Shown here piece by piece: positions 1-11,902 of a DNA stretch of 64,000 nt. Position 1 is the stretch's first letter. Each line of letters starts with the position of its first letter. The stretch is from Iphione sp. A-MEVVRFRX5 (lineage: Eukaryota), in NCBI GenBank assembly GCA_976226885.1, contig OZ320317.1:100378001-100442000 (forward strand), in the 5' to 3' direction. A program made the position numbers and the translations under genes. The notes below the pieces were generated by a model, which saw nothing but the letters and a program-made list of their open reading frames with translations, was not told the DNA's origin and did not search any database.

Positions 1-86
1 GATACACTTCTACACACGAAGTTTCAGATACAACAGCAGGATACTCTGACACTACATCGTGCCAAGCCCTGGTGAATTTGCGCAAT

Positions 87-900
87 TTAGCTAAATGCTT
101 TGAATTTCTGGGATGCCTGCTGTGCAGCCAGAAACTTTGAGGCATACACCTGATAGGATGAGTCTGATTTCCAGGTACCTTATGCTTGTATGCCTTGTGG
201 GTCTGCGCCCAATAGCTGAAGGGTGATGGCCCCCCCCCTTCTAAAACTATGCAAGGTATAAGCAGTTGTGGGGAGAACATTCGAGGCCTTTCTTACTGTT
301 AATGGCAGTGCAAACACGGGGTCCCTAAAGACTGGGGAATCCAGGGATAGCTGTGGAAACAGGGCCAGCTTTTCTTCAATGCTGAGATTGGACATAGGGC
401 AGTACATATTTTTGGAACAAAAATTTTTGTTGGAGAACGTTTTGAGACGGTCTTGGCCCATTTCACTATAACATTGCAACCATCATTGGCAAACTCCAGA
501 TCCTTGAACAGAAGTAGCTTTTTTGTGTCTACCCTGGCAAGGGATCTGACTAATATGGCGTAGAAGCGAGTGGAACATGAACAGGAAGAGGGATTATATT
601 ACTGTACCTATTTTTGCCATGTTATCCAATAATGCCACCATCACATTTATATGTGATACAGATATAGGCAATTTACGATCAACCTACGAGGTAGACATTT
701 TCTCATTCACCTTAAGGGTGACTTTGACATCGATATTGGGAGGTCAAGTAATAACAATGAATGGTTCACGGCAGAAACATACTCAGAAATAGTCTGAGGA
801 TTTGTATATTTTTCTGCTAGATATTCAAAAGATGAGAATGTCCGGGACCTACAGGTCCTGCCAGTCCAAACCACAATACATAGAGAAGCCAATTAATAGT
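87..900 (-). pseudogene. Tyrosine recombinase, disrupted
   Basis: HSFRRGGA (H-x-x-R) and GxWKSxxxxxY catalytic region; stops and frameshifts split it across ORFs 707..892, 180..479 and 87-179. Confidence 0.85.
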
Positions 901-1510
901 TTGAGCATGTGAATCCAAGCTCAAAGTGAGTCTTGCACAACAGCTTGTGTCTGTCACCTTGCTGCCTTGTCCGCTAGCGACCTGAGCCTTAGATCTGCAA
1001 GTGCAGCTTAAAATGTGAAAACCTTCTGCATGGTTTTTTGTTTAACAAAGATTCGTGACATGTTTGGATGATCCATCAGGTAGTTATTAACTATTAATAC
1101 ATACATGGGGACTAGACAATAACTACTAAGGGCATCCGTGATTATCATCTAAGCATCTTCTTTGTGATGGAAAATGATGTTACAATCATACTGAGCCTGA
1201 GCAGACCAAATAACTCTAGTGGCTTTCAGCAACCAGATGTCACTACCTCATCCAGCTGAGAAAACCAAAACCGCAGCTATGTTATCACAATGTACGCGAA
1301 TTGGACATCCTGAGGGGTATCTGAGTAAGAAGGACTGGACTGCAAGTGCTACATTAAGAGCTTCTATATGAGAGATGGGAAACGCTCTTATGCATTGGAA
1401 AGCTGGAGCGTGATAATACAGAAATAAAGAATATGCACCAATGCCTTGCAGGCAGGCGTCACAGTGGAAGTCATCAATAACAGTAAATCACAGAATACAT
1501 GACCCTCCAT

Positions 1511-2010
1511 TTAAACATGGTAGGTAACTGGAAAACCAAGATATGCTTCAACTTCTTCTGTCACCAGGACAAGATGACAGCCATTGGCTATGGTGGATCG
1601 ATATGCAGATAGCAACCTACTGACAAATAACCTTGCCAGATACACACATTTGGCGATATAATTCAAATAACCCATCAGCTGTTTCATCTGTTTCAGTGAC
1701 AAATTTCTGGCCTTAAGTCTTTGTCTAACCATTTCAAGGCACTTCTTGACTTTAACCTGGGGAATTGAAAAGAGCTGGTGCTTGATATCAATGGTAATAC
1801 CTAGCCAGTTTAAAACCTTGGCAGGCAGGCAGCATTTTTTAACAGAAGGCGACAGGCCTAAATCATTAGGAAGAGCCATGAGACATTGATAAGCCTGGGT
1901 TGCCTGTATGTGTGAGAAAGAAATGAACACATAGTCACCCAAGTAGGCGAAGCCTACTAGCTTGTGGTGCTTACCTTTTGCTTCAATAGAGTCTGGGTAA
2001 AAAGCCTTTA
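1511..2010 (-). pseudogene. DIRS/Ngaro reverse transcriptase, C-terminal half (fused by internal deletion to a gag-like fragment in ORF 1511..2440)
   Basis: YLGD motif, KKCCLPAKVLNWLGITID and LMGYLNYIA are typical of YR-retrotransposon RT; the N-terminal RT motifs are missing. Confidence 0.8.
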
Positions 2011-3699
2011 GGATTGCATCCATATTGTCTTGTGTGATATTGTGGAGCTCCTCTGTAGTAGGGGTGTCTTGTGATTTGTCCTGCTGTTCCTTGTCTGGCG
2101 CCTCTGTCTCATCATCACCATGTGTTTCCTTACCAGCTTCTTTGTCCTGTGCAATTTTGGCTACCTGCCTCGTTTGAATTGATGTCTTTGGCCTGCATTG
2201 TTTCGTCCTTTCCATGGCGTCTATCCTCCCCTCCATTGACTTGAGACGCTGTGTGAAAATTGCTTTAATTTCAGCATCTTCCTTCCCCACCATTTTCCAC
2301 ACAAAAACGATGGGGAAGCTACATAAACAACAAGAGCCAGGTGACGGTCGAGTGTGTTGTTCACTGTTGTAGAGCATATAAATAGCAACTGTCCCCTGGT
2401 TGTTTGCAAGATAAGACGCTACCATCACCTGCAGTACCATCCTTATTTACCACCTAGGACAACTCTGTACCTCAACCATCAACACATACCATTACCACTA
2501 TAACAAACATAAACCTTCTCCAACAATGTCCCACCAGCAGTGCGTAGCACAGGAGCCACTCAACCAGCACCCCTGTACACCCTATTCACATGGTAAATGA
2601 AAACAAGGCCAAGTGAGACAGTAGCTGCAAGCCAGTGGTGAAAATACCCTATTATTAACCATCATGTTATTTAACTATTTCCTTGATTCTGAGGATAATT
2701 TATCTTCAAATTCAAGGGATTATACATTCCCTTAGTAAAGACAATGATTTTTAGCTCTTTATTAGTTATATGGGCTTGACAAGCCCAGCCACAGTTCCCC
2801 TGTGTAGCTACATATACTTTGGTTATGGCACAGTTTTGAATTCAACATGATGATACCACAATATGACTGTATAGTACCACCAACATAACATCAACACAAA
2901 CTACCTGCAACTCGCTAACAGCATATTCTATGGTAACCTGGTTCTGTAGTTCTACTACACCATAAGATAATTGCTTGGCAGATGGGAGGTGTTGTTATCT
3001 GAATTAAAAGAGTGTAACATTGTTTGTGTGTCATACAAAATGGTTCAGTCTCGAAAGTAGCAGAGAAAAAATGTATAGCGAGGAGACTTAGAGACACCTG
3101 TTGATATGACCTAAATTATTTCCATATGGATAGATTTTACCATGTGTGGTGATATATATTAGTGACCCATTCCAGTGAAATGAGTCAGAAGTCAGAAAAA
3201 ATCAAATTTGAGTTATATATCCCATGAAGAAATGCCATTTCTGACTTTTCAAATGAAGTTAGCATGTCTTCCTACCCTAATTAGGCAAAATATAGTGAAG
3301 CGACAAAGTTATGCAGTAATGCGGTAAACGGTAAAAGAGAAACTGAGATATTTGTGTTTCAAGTTTTGGTACCACACTCTACCACAGTCTCCCTTAGCAA
3401 CGACTATTTCTTTTTTCTCAATCTTCGTGAAACTCAACATAGTCTATCTACACTATCTAAGCTACCAAAGAATCATGCATTTTGAGACATAATATTTTAT
3501 TCATGCCAGCCTCTGAAAATGTGACAAAATAATAAATGAACCGTCCTAAATAAAGTCTTTGTAAAAATGGTTGAACAACCACTTGTGGTTTTCAAGTAGA
3601 AATTCAATTCTAGTCTAGCAGACGTTCACACAGAATTGCTGGAATAAATTCATCTGGTCTAGTTTTTGGTCAACCACAACCACCTTAAGCACACTTAGC

Positions 3700-4505
3700 T
3701 TGTGGTTACAGCCCTGGCTCAGAGTCAAAGTCCTGGTCTGAGCTGAAGCTCTCTATTGTCTGAACATCTTCTCCTCCTCATCTTTATCCTCCTTCTCTGA
3801 AGGGTCTGCCCTTGCCCCTACATCTGCCTCTGCCCCTGTCTCATGTGAGCCTTCCTCAGCAGATCTTGGAGCTGGTCCTGGCTCTGTGTCTGAGTTTGCT
3901 CATGTCAGAGCAGGCTCAGGAAGACACGGGTACATGATGTTCTTGGTATCCTCTGTGCAGAAGTCTCTGTTGTTCTTGAACAGATACCATTTAAGACTGA
4001 GATGAGATGATGATTCATTGATATGATGGACCCAGCACATGCTTAAGGATTCCTGAGAAAACCTAAGTAGAAGCTAAAAAGAGAGAGAGTTGGTTGATAG
4101 GTCAGTATGAAAACCTTGAAGGAAAGTGAAGCGAAGTATGCAGTAGTGGTTCAATTGGCAGGAAAAGCAACAGTCCTTTATTAATACAGTTACAAAATGG
4201 TGAGCAGCCAAGTCCTGTGTAAGTAGATGCTACAAAGCCTTGTAAAAATGGTTCCAGGGAAATTGTTTTTGTTCTGGCAAAGCTGACCACACAACAAAGA
4301 ACTTCTTTGCCAGGGGAACCACTAAGGAAAGCAACCAGCCATCCACATATTGAGAGTATATCCTTATATTTTTTGTTAGTCCTATGTACAAGCTGCTCCT
4401 TTCAGGGGAAAAATACAGTTGATAGTCAATAAACAACCAACTCTCAATAAAACAAATCCAGTAGAGATTTAAAAAATCAACTAGTCCCAAAGTAATTTTC
4501 CACAT
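3700..4505 (-). pseudogene. Degraded DNA-transposase-like remnant (possibly Sola-like) with acidic C-terminal tail
   Basis: Minus-strand fragments YVDGWL..KKF, WNHFYKAL, HHF and KWYLFKNNRDFCTEDTKNIMYPCLP resemble the C-terminus of invertebrate transposase-like proteins; heavily disrupted, family assignment from memory only. Confidence 0.35.
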
Positions 4506-4784
4506 TACTAACTTTTAGTATGGTCGGTAAGGTGTAGTGTGGTGTCTGGCGCCACTCACGGTGTACCTAAGGATTTTTCAAGGTAGGAACAACTCCCATG
4601 TGACTAAATTGGACAATTGGTATTGTAAAATGACAAGGGTCGTGACAATTAGTGACATGACGAATTATTTTAGTTAGGCTGGTCTACTGTTTGAATTTAA
4701 ATTTCTTCACTACTAGTGTTTGATATTCGAGGAAGGGAATTTGTTGGTGTTGGGGAACATAGTGTGACCTGTGGTATCTATTAA

Positions 4785-5862
4785 CCCCTTAACGACCGGG
4801 TAAAACCATGTTTTGGACTGTGGGAATAAAGGTAAAAGATTAACTCTCCTCCTAACAGGAGTATGCTGATAGAATTGGTATCATACCATGCATCATTGTA
4901 AGCCTTGGGAATTGTACTTTGATTTAGCATCAGTTTTGTTTCTATAATTTAAGTGCCATGGTAACAGGATAGTCATGAGTAAAGGCCCTTTTTTCTGAAA
5001 ATACTAAAAAATTTCCATTTATTGACATTATATGTAAAGAAAGAGTTATAAATATTGGTTTTAGAGAAAAACTTACTATTGGGCAAATGTTTAGGAAATG
5101 ATGGTGCAATCTTTTGATACCTCATTTGTTATTGTCCATAGATTAATTACATTGTATCATGATGTGCCATTTTGCCTCTATCATCCCAAAAATGTTAAAT
5201 CCTTTGCATCAGCTGCATCACTTATATTGCATCATCCCATTTCAGGTGTTGCCATGGTAACACATTGAATAATTGATCAATCATATCAAGTAGATCTAAA
5301 TGCTCATTAGTCAGTCTAGCATTTTATATATTATTTTTGTAGGAAACATTACATATTTTAAGAGGTTTGGTAGATATAATATGTATACCTATTGCAAAGC
5401 ACCATGTAATGCATTGCATCATGTATATACCCATTGCCAGTGGAGATGCAACTGACATTTGTTTGTTGTATTCTACCTAAGTGAATAAAGAAAGAGGATA
5501 ATCTATGAAAAAAGTGCTCAAAATCAAACATAAACCTATATTCTATGGTATGATTTCAAAATAGATTGAAAATCTATACATTTCTTTACCTATACAAGGG
5601 CTTGCTTTTGTAGTTGCATATATGTATAGTGCTGAAATTAGCTGCTGGTTCTAATTTATGCAAATGAGGATGGTCATGTGATCAGTTTTACAGGCTTTCC
5701 TCTTAAAAAAGTAGAGCTTTCCATCAAACCTGAGAAAAAATCCAGATTTCTGTCTTTTCTGGACACAGATATAGAGAATGGCTTAAAAAATAATGTTTTA
5801 AATGCTCACTAAGGTTCATAGGACAACAATGTCCGATTTTACCATTGTTGGTCATTAAAGGG
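4785..5862. mobile_element. Non-autonomous piggyBac-like element (~1.08 kb)
   Basis: TTAA at 4781-4784 and 5863-5866; ends CCCCTTAACGACC and GGTCATTAAAGGG are imperfect inverted repeats starting with CCC; no internal ORF. Confidence 0.85.
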
Positions 5863-6065
5863 TTAATAGACTGCGGTGACTAGGACACAGCACAGCACAC
5901 ATGTGTAATATCGAGTTGAATGCCCAACAACAAATCCCCAGGTGTAACACCTGAAGTAATCACAAAATCAAAGCATTAGCAAGAAATCAGGGCATTTTTA
6001 AGTAAGATACTTCCAGGGCGTGATATTACTGACTTAACTCAAGAGGCATTATTTGACAGGGAAAC

Positions 6066-6896
6066 TATGGAAGGGTTTAATCTTATCCCGAGTACCCCTG
6101 GGTTTGAAACTGAAAAAGCAAGTACTCAGCATAAAAATGATAAAATCCTCAAATGCAGGCATCTCTAGATGATCAGGACAACATAAAGTCATTGACTATT
6201 GCTAGTTTAATACCAGAACTTTTGGAAAGTTGTGACATTTCATCCAAAAATGCGAAGAAAATTGGTGATGACCTGAGTGCTATACAGAATGAGTCATCAA
6301 AATGCACAGGTTTAATAAAGGAGCAGACAAGAAAAATTAGCACACTGGAAGATAAGGTAGCCAACCTAAAAAATCAAAACGATATGCTAAGTGAAGAACT
6401 TCGGCAGGTCCGAGAAGATAGTCCAAGCAGTAAAAATACAAGGTTGACCGACAAATTAGATCGACTGTCCCAATGAAATGGTATCTATATTGCCGGTTTG
6501 TCTATAATCGAGAAAAGTGATGTGTTGCCAGAGGTAATACATCTTTTGGAGTTGATTAACGTGACTATTGGTGCTGACGTCATAATGAAATATACCAAAC
6601 CAATCAGACAAAATGTGAATGGAGTGTCATTGATCTATATGAAATTTATACGAAACATAATAAAGATGGAGGTGCTACCGTCCTAAAAGGGACTGAAGGG
6701 TCAAAATATTTGGATAAACGAGGATTTAACCTCGAAGCAGCACAGTGCTCATGGCAAATGGAGAGGCATAATTCATCACACATGACAGAATCATCCTGAG
6801 ACAAAAGTCACACAAAGAGGCAACAGTCCAGTTATAGAAACTGTGTGGTATACAATAGACTCTATTGATCAGATCCCCAAACAATACTGTCCTTGA
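6066..6896 (+). pseudogene. LINE A ORF1 (coiled coil + RRM-like), disrupted
   Basis: Heptad coiled coil (6153-6476), NGIYIAGL, and KGQNIWINEDLT matching LINE B KGKDVWINPDLT; several stops. Confidence 0.75.
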
Positions 6897-7797
6897 GCTT
6901 TGCATGAAACGGAACTAGAAGGTCTATGTGTAGCACAAAGCCAACACCACAAGTCAGGTTCAATATCAGCCTTTTATTCTTCTCAGCAGCAACCAGTACA
7001 GCAAGTCAGCATATCTACAGCATGATGAAGGTGAGTCCAATGAGAGTGTCGGCTCAAGTGCTTTTATACTTGACAGTAGAACATTCTGCTTGTGTCAACC
7101 GGATATGACCATTTATTACCCGTCATGGATACAATGGGTCATTAAAGTCTAAGGTATCATGGCATCACTAGCGCCTGGTATCTTAGGTCTTGTAAGGTAT
7201 CACTGATAAGATCTACCTTGCTCTACCTCAGTGACTTGACATGAAATACAATAGCTTGAACACTGCTTTAAGTCTAGTTACATTCAACACTGATAAGAAG
7301 AATTGTGCAATAGAACACAAATTCCTGCCAGACAGACAAACTTTTTCATCAAGTACACGTTACTTTGCAGTAGGCTTTTCTTGTAGTATTTCTAACTATA
7401 CACTGTACATATCATAACATTATACCAATTGCACCAGTACTTAAAGTGTTATCTTGATAATGTCACATAATGTTATCTCACAGACATAAAATCATTTATT
7501 ATGCGGCTACTTACATTAGTTCAAACATTATACAATAGTACCCTCTTTTAAGAGCATTGAGTCCAATGACATCATCACCTTTATCCAAACTGTGTTACAT
7601 CCCTCCTTGGAAGTAATGCACAGCGTTAGAAGTTTATCCCCTTCCCCGACACAAAGTCCATCTGATCAGACTGGGCGCTGACCCCAAGTTTGCCTTATTG
7701 GCAAGCCGAGGCAAGACAAAAGCCATAAATGCACTTCAATATGCCTGGCTCATCGTACTGCAACAGAACCACACCTTTATCCAAACTGTGGTACATA
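6897..7797 (-). repeat. Inserted non-coding repeat fragment, homologous to 53400-54030 (probable LINE 3' UTR piece)
   Basis: Shares blocks TAGCACAAAGCCAACACCA, TTCTTCTCAGCA, AGTCAGCAT, GGTGAGTCC, TTACTTTGCAG with 53400-54030; interrupts LINE A between ORF1 and NADAR; ~25 bp direct repeat CACCTTTATCCAAACTGTG at ~7576 and ~7772. Confidence 0.7.
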
Positions 7798-8077
7798 TGT
7801 TTATTTGCTTGGAAGAGTTCACCCCTTCAAATCTTTATCCCTGTGAGCCTTTGAGAAAATAAAAAGTTTCACAGCGCTGAGCAAGCATATACGTATGCCA
7901 AATGCAAAAGTGCAGATGATCGTTCAAAAACCTCACTTAGCCTACACACAACCAACTACAAATTCATGATGACCTACCAAATGTTGAAGGCTGGGATAAA
8001 GTTAGAGTTGAGGTGATGGAGGAAAAATTTTTGGCAACATTCGGTCAAAACGATGAGTTGAAAGCAGAACTCATGAA
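7797..8077 (+). pseudogene. LINE A NADAR/YbiA domain, N-terminal half (frameshifted)
   Basis: Manual translation: SNLYPCE (7827-7847), KKFHSAEQAYTYAKCK, EGWDKVRVEVMEEKFLATFGQNDELKAEL; aligns with LINE B NADAR. Mostly absent from the ORF track. Confidence 0.85.
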
Positions 8078-9940
8078 GGGCATGTCAGACCAGAAGCAAG
8101 TAAGTCAAGATCAGCATGGCTTCCGCCAGGGACGCAGTACGGAGACAGCAGTAACCTGTGTCATAAACAGGACTCTGGAGGTGCTCAACATGGGCCTATA
8201 CTGCTGCCTTCTAGCATTCGATCTGAAGAAGGCCTTCGATTTGGTTCCTTCTTCAGGAGTGCTACGTAGGCTGGCCACGGCGGGAGCTAGTTCAAGGATC
8301 TTAAAACTGATTGCTAGTTACTTTCAAAATTGGCATCAGTTTGTGAGATGTGAGGGGGAGGTCTCGAGCCTGAGGAAGGTTGCACACGGTGTACCACAAG
8401 GGTCGATCTTCGGCCCCAGTGCCTTTACCATGATCATAGATGAACTGGCCGGCAAATTGCCATCTTATGCTAAGGTCACACTCTATGCAGACGATCTTAC
8501 GATAGTGGTGTCTGCAATGGACCTTCTGAGGCTGCGAGGATGTGCACAGTACGTCATCAACACAGTCGTCTCATGGTGCCGTTCAAACGGGCTACTACTC
8601 AGTGAAGGGAAATGTAGCTACATGGTGATGGGAAAGGCGGCTGCAACACCCCTTGATCTACACATCAACGACACTGAGCTGCAGATGGTACGGAAAATCA
8701 AATTGCTAGGTTACATGCTGGATGACAGGCTCACTTTTCGCGAGATGCTAAGAGACACAAAGGCGAAGATGTGGGGTGCGGCCCTGAAGATAGGACGGGT
8801 TAAAACACTACTTCCGATGGAGACACGCATGCGACTTTTCAGAGCCCTAGTTATGCCTCATCTGAACTACGGTGCAGCGACCCTTTTCAGCCTAACGGAG
8901 GCAGGTAAAGCTAATCTGCAGATTCACCTAAACAGGTGTCTCAGAGTGGGGGTCATGAGAGAAAGAGCTCTGACTGCCAAAGCACTCTGCCAGAGGTTTG
9001 GGATACCACGCGTGTCGGATCTCATTGAACAGAGAGCCATCAACGCTACACATCGACTGGTGCATCTGGAATTACTTCCACTGGCAGAGCATTCGCGGAC
9101 GAGGGTGGGATCATCATTGCTGATAAGAATCCCGAAGCCCAAGGGACTAAGGTTCATGAAAAGCTTAAGATATGGGGCCTGCACGGCTTGGAATGGGCTA
9201 CCGCGCGACGTCAAGTTGAGGGTAAAACCGCCAGGACGTCCAGGAAGAACGTAGAAGCAGGATGGTCGAAACAGCACGGAGGCAATTGGTTCACTGACGC
9301 TAGTATAGGATGATGGGGGTAACAACTATGGCTGCCTCCCCCAAACAACAACATCTGAAGGGGTCTTTTTGGGGAGGGGGTCTACTTCTTTCGTGGGTAG
9401 CAACTCTAGGGAGTACTGGGTTAGATGGCGGGGGCAGACATCCACACTACGAGGGTTCCACATGGTTGATGGTCACTGGGTTCTACTGCGTGGGTTGGGG
9501 ATCTACATATGGGGTTGAGCGTGTTGGGTATTAATCGTGAACGGTATTGTACAAGGGGGGCGATGAGTAGCTCAGTGTTACTTATTTATACACTGAACGT
9601 CATTCTTTCACTTGAGTGATAGTTGTGTAAAGTTCTGTATCGTCAAGCCTCTATGCAGCAACACATTATCTCTAGCAGTCAACAAAATCCCAGCAACACT
9701 GACATACTTGGGGGGCGTCTCCTCCTAGTTAGATTTGTGCGGGTATTGTTATAACCTGCTGTGCTGTACATATGTGTCTGTACCATACTGTTGTCTTGAT
9801 TGAAAACTGTCTGTCCTGTATTGTCATATTCTGTATGTACCTTGTTGTTATGTTCCATGTCCAATATTTTTCAATTGACCAAGGAGAACTTTGTAAATGT
9901 ACGAAGATTTGGTTGATCAATAAATTCAAATTCAAATTCA
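8078..9940 (+). mobile_element. 5'-truncated LINE (RT + 3' UTR) inserted into the LINE A NADAR domain
   Basis: RT QHGFR, FDLKKAFD, VPQGSIFGP, YADD; C-terminal RYGACTAWNGLP; AATAAA 9919-9924 then (TTCAAA)n tail; degenerate target-site duplication AACTCATGAA (8068-8077) / AACTAATTGAA (9941-9951). Confidence 0.9.
8085..9254 (+). CDS. Non-LTR reverse transcriptase (5'-truncated ORF2, open frame); same lineage as LINE C RT
   Basis: Uninterrupted RT motifs including YADD; close match to 50854..52191 (QHGFR..STETA, GLYCC, KIGRVK.LLP). Confidence 0.9.
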   Translation, partial: SDQKQVSQDQHGFRQGRSTETAVTCVINRTLEVLNMGLYCCLLAFDLKKAFDLVPSSGVLRRLATAGASSRILKLIASYFQNWHQFVRCEGEVSSLRKVAHGVPQGSIFGPSAFTMIIDELAGKLPSYAKVTLYADDLTIVVSAMDLLRLRGCAQYVINTVVSWCRSNGLLLSEGKCSYMVMGKAAATPLDLHINDTELQMVRKIKLLGYMLDDRLTFREMLRDTKAKMWGAALKIGRVKTLLPMETRMRLFRALVMPHLNYGAATLFSLTEAGKANLQIHLNRCLRVGVMRERALTAKALCQRFGIPRVSDLIEQRAINATHRLVHLELLPLAEHSRTRVGSSLLIRIPKPKGLRFMKSLRYGACTAWNGLPRDVKLRVKPPGRPGRT

Positions 9941-10120
9941 AACTAATTGAAACAGGAGACTCGGGACTGGTGGAGGCGACCTATCATAAATTCTGGGGTG
10001 CAGGGAAGAGGAAAAACCTGGGGTTTTCAAAGAACGGCGAATATCAGGGTGGAAAGTTGTTTAGGTCAATTTCTTGAGTGTGGAAGAGACCAGCTGTCAT
10101 CTGAGATGGAAGTGAACTAA
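9941..10120 (+). pseudogene. LINE A NADAR domain, C-terminal half
   Basis: LIETGDSGLVEATYHKFWGAG...GEYQGG then shifted GQFLECGRDQLSS*, matching LINE B LLSTGDKLLIEATQNDFWGAG...GKILESVRQHLSS*. Confidence 0.85.
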
Positions 10121-10153
10121 ATGCACTTGTGTGATTATATAACCTCTGTGTAT

Positions 10154-10161
10154 TATATAAA
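10154..10161 (+). promoter_or_regulatory. Candidate TATA box upstream of the LINE A SGNH ORF
   Basis: TATATAAA about 50 bp upstream of ATG 10204; no clear equivalent seen in LINE B or C. Confidence 0.3.
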
Positions 10162-10203
10162 GGGGAGAGCGGAGAAAGTATAGTTGTCACAGTCGGTCAC
10201 ATT

Positions 10204-10869
10204 ATGTCGCAGGACTCAATGGTTCATACCTTCATGTCTAGTCAAGCAATATGTCATCATTTTGGATGGAATTGTCATGTTCACTTATTTCCTGGAGTGA
10301 CAATTCAGGACTTATGTGCTCGAATTGTTGAGTATAAATGGGTACCATATCCGACAGTGATTATGCTGTGTGCAGGAGGTAACAATCTGACATGGATGGT
10401 TCGGATTAACGACGACCAGGGACAAAGCCTGAGTTATGTTGTTCCGAGATATTTTGACTCAGCTGCTGCTGTTGAAGAAATAGTAGTCCTTTTATTGGAA
10501 ACTAGGCGCATCATATAGATGCGCTACCCATATGCAGCTATTGTCTTTGGTACAATTTTTGTGTGTGGATTACCTAACATACAACAACCGCCTAAATGGG
10601 TACCGTGGTTCACCTAAGGTCATAAGACGAATCCAGTCAATATTATATTCGGTAACCACTGAAATAAATGGGCATATTGTTGGTATGAATCGCCAGTTTA
10701 GGATACCCACTCCTTGGACTGGGTCAGTAATTGGAACTCTTGGAACAACGGCCATCGGCGTCACAGGACAGGGCGTTACTTTGACGGCTGTCACCCGTCG
10801 GTCTACTGGAAATTCACACTGGTACAAGGCATGATAAATTCACTAGAACGTTTGATTAACGGAAATTGA
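10204..10869 (+). pseudogene. LINE A stand-alone SGNH/GDSL-type hydrolase ORF, disrupted
   Basis: FPGVTI (block II), CAGGNNL (block III), YFDGCHP (block V, in a shifted frame); strongly similar to LINE B ORF (DYLTYNNRLNGY, IPTPWTG). Confidence 0.85.
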
Positions 10870-11902
10870 TTTTTGCCCACTTTCATGACTTATTAACGTT
10901 AGGATGCTGCCTATGGTTTAATGTGAAGTTTAAATTTACGGTTTAATGTGAGTTTAATGTGACATCTAGTGAAGTTTCGCTAGTGATACGACACCTAGTA
11001 CTGGAGGATGGAGGAATATCATTATGTATCCAAGCTCAGTATGGTGCATTGGATGCTGACAACATTATCAGTGAATTTATCATGCGTCACTACCTTGTAT
11101 GATAGGTGATACAGATAGGGGGCAAGGTAATGTACCTTCACAATCTGATCTTGCTATATCTCACTACCCACTACGTTTGATGATAAATCATTGGAAAGGT
11201 AATGTACCTTCGTTGGCTGGTTGAGACTTAGTTTGTGACACAATATCATAAAGGTACGTGGTACTATTAATGATCGCTGACTTTTAACTTTAGAGTTAGT
11301 ATAGCATAAGTGTGTTGCATTCAATTATTGTCAAATTGTTGAGGCGAAGACACGTGTTATTGTTGATGAAGCCATACTCATGATTTATGAACAAATACCT
11401 GCAAAATAATACAAAGTTCCTATGGTATAATCGGTCATTTAGGTTATCATTACTATAGTATCTATTTCACAGCCACTTACCATGTGATTTATATTGTTGT
11501 TCTAAAACATTTATGTCGTTGGAAGTCTGTTTGATAAATTGCCTTAGTATGTATCACTTTGGGGGTTGTTCCACTTGATATTACAAGATTAAGTTCTGAT
11601 TTTACAACTTTATTTGTTCGACTATTTATAATGTGAAGATATAATTAAAACTGTTCTTGCTGAAATTAGCTTGTTATAGTATTTTATTTTTCTCCGACTG
11701 GGACCGGGAGTGGTGTCTATACACTGACCAATTAGATTAAACTAATTAAATTACTTCATTTGATTTTTGAGCATTAGACTAAAATTGTATTAATATATTA
11801 ATTCTTTATCACTGGTCGTATAGATTGATTTGCTACTAACACTGGTGTATGAGTCCTGTCTCCAATCAGGTACTGATGTGATGGTGTGTGTAATGAACTA
11901 CA

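Larger units (their letters stand above)
87..2440 (-). mobile_element. Degraded DIRS/Ngaro-type tyrosine-recombinase retrotransposon (gag remnant-RT-RNase H-YR)
   Basis: Minus-strand order: RT (FAYLGD for YLDD; LNWLGITID; QLMGYLNYIAKCVYLARLFVSRLL), RNase H-like HCDACLQGIGAY near 1430-1480, YR N-terminal TISEYVSAVNH (707-892), YR catalytic HSFRRGGA followed by GTWKSDSSYQVY (in frame after one stop, ending at 87). Confidence 0.85.

Noticed and set aside
6926-7108. Pair of similar small plus-strand ORFs (6926..7108 and 53462..53659, CSTKPTP...FFSA...SQH...VSP)
   Set aside because: Similarity tracks DNA-level identity with almost no synonymous change and different start positions; better explained as a conserved non-coding block.
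8013-9254. Apparent NADAR-RT fusion protein (413-aa ORF)
   Set aside because: The first ~22 aa belong to the host LINE A NADAR and are in frame by chance with a 5'-truncated inserted LINE. A TSD and tail show that it is an insertion junction.
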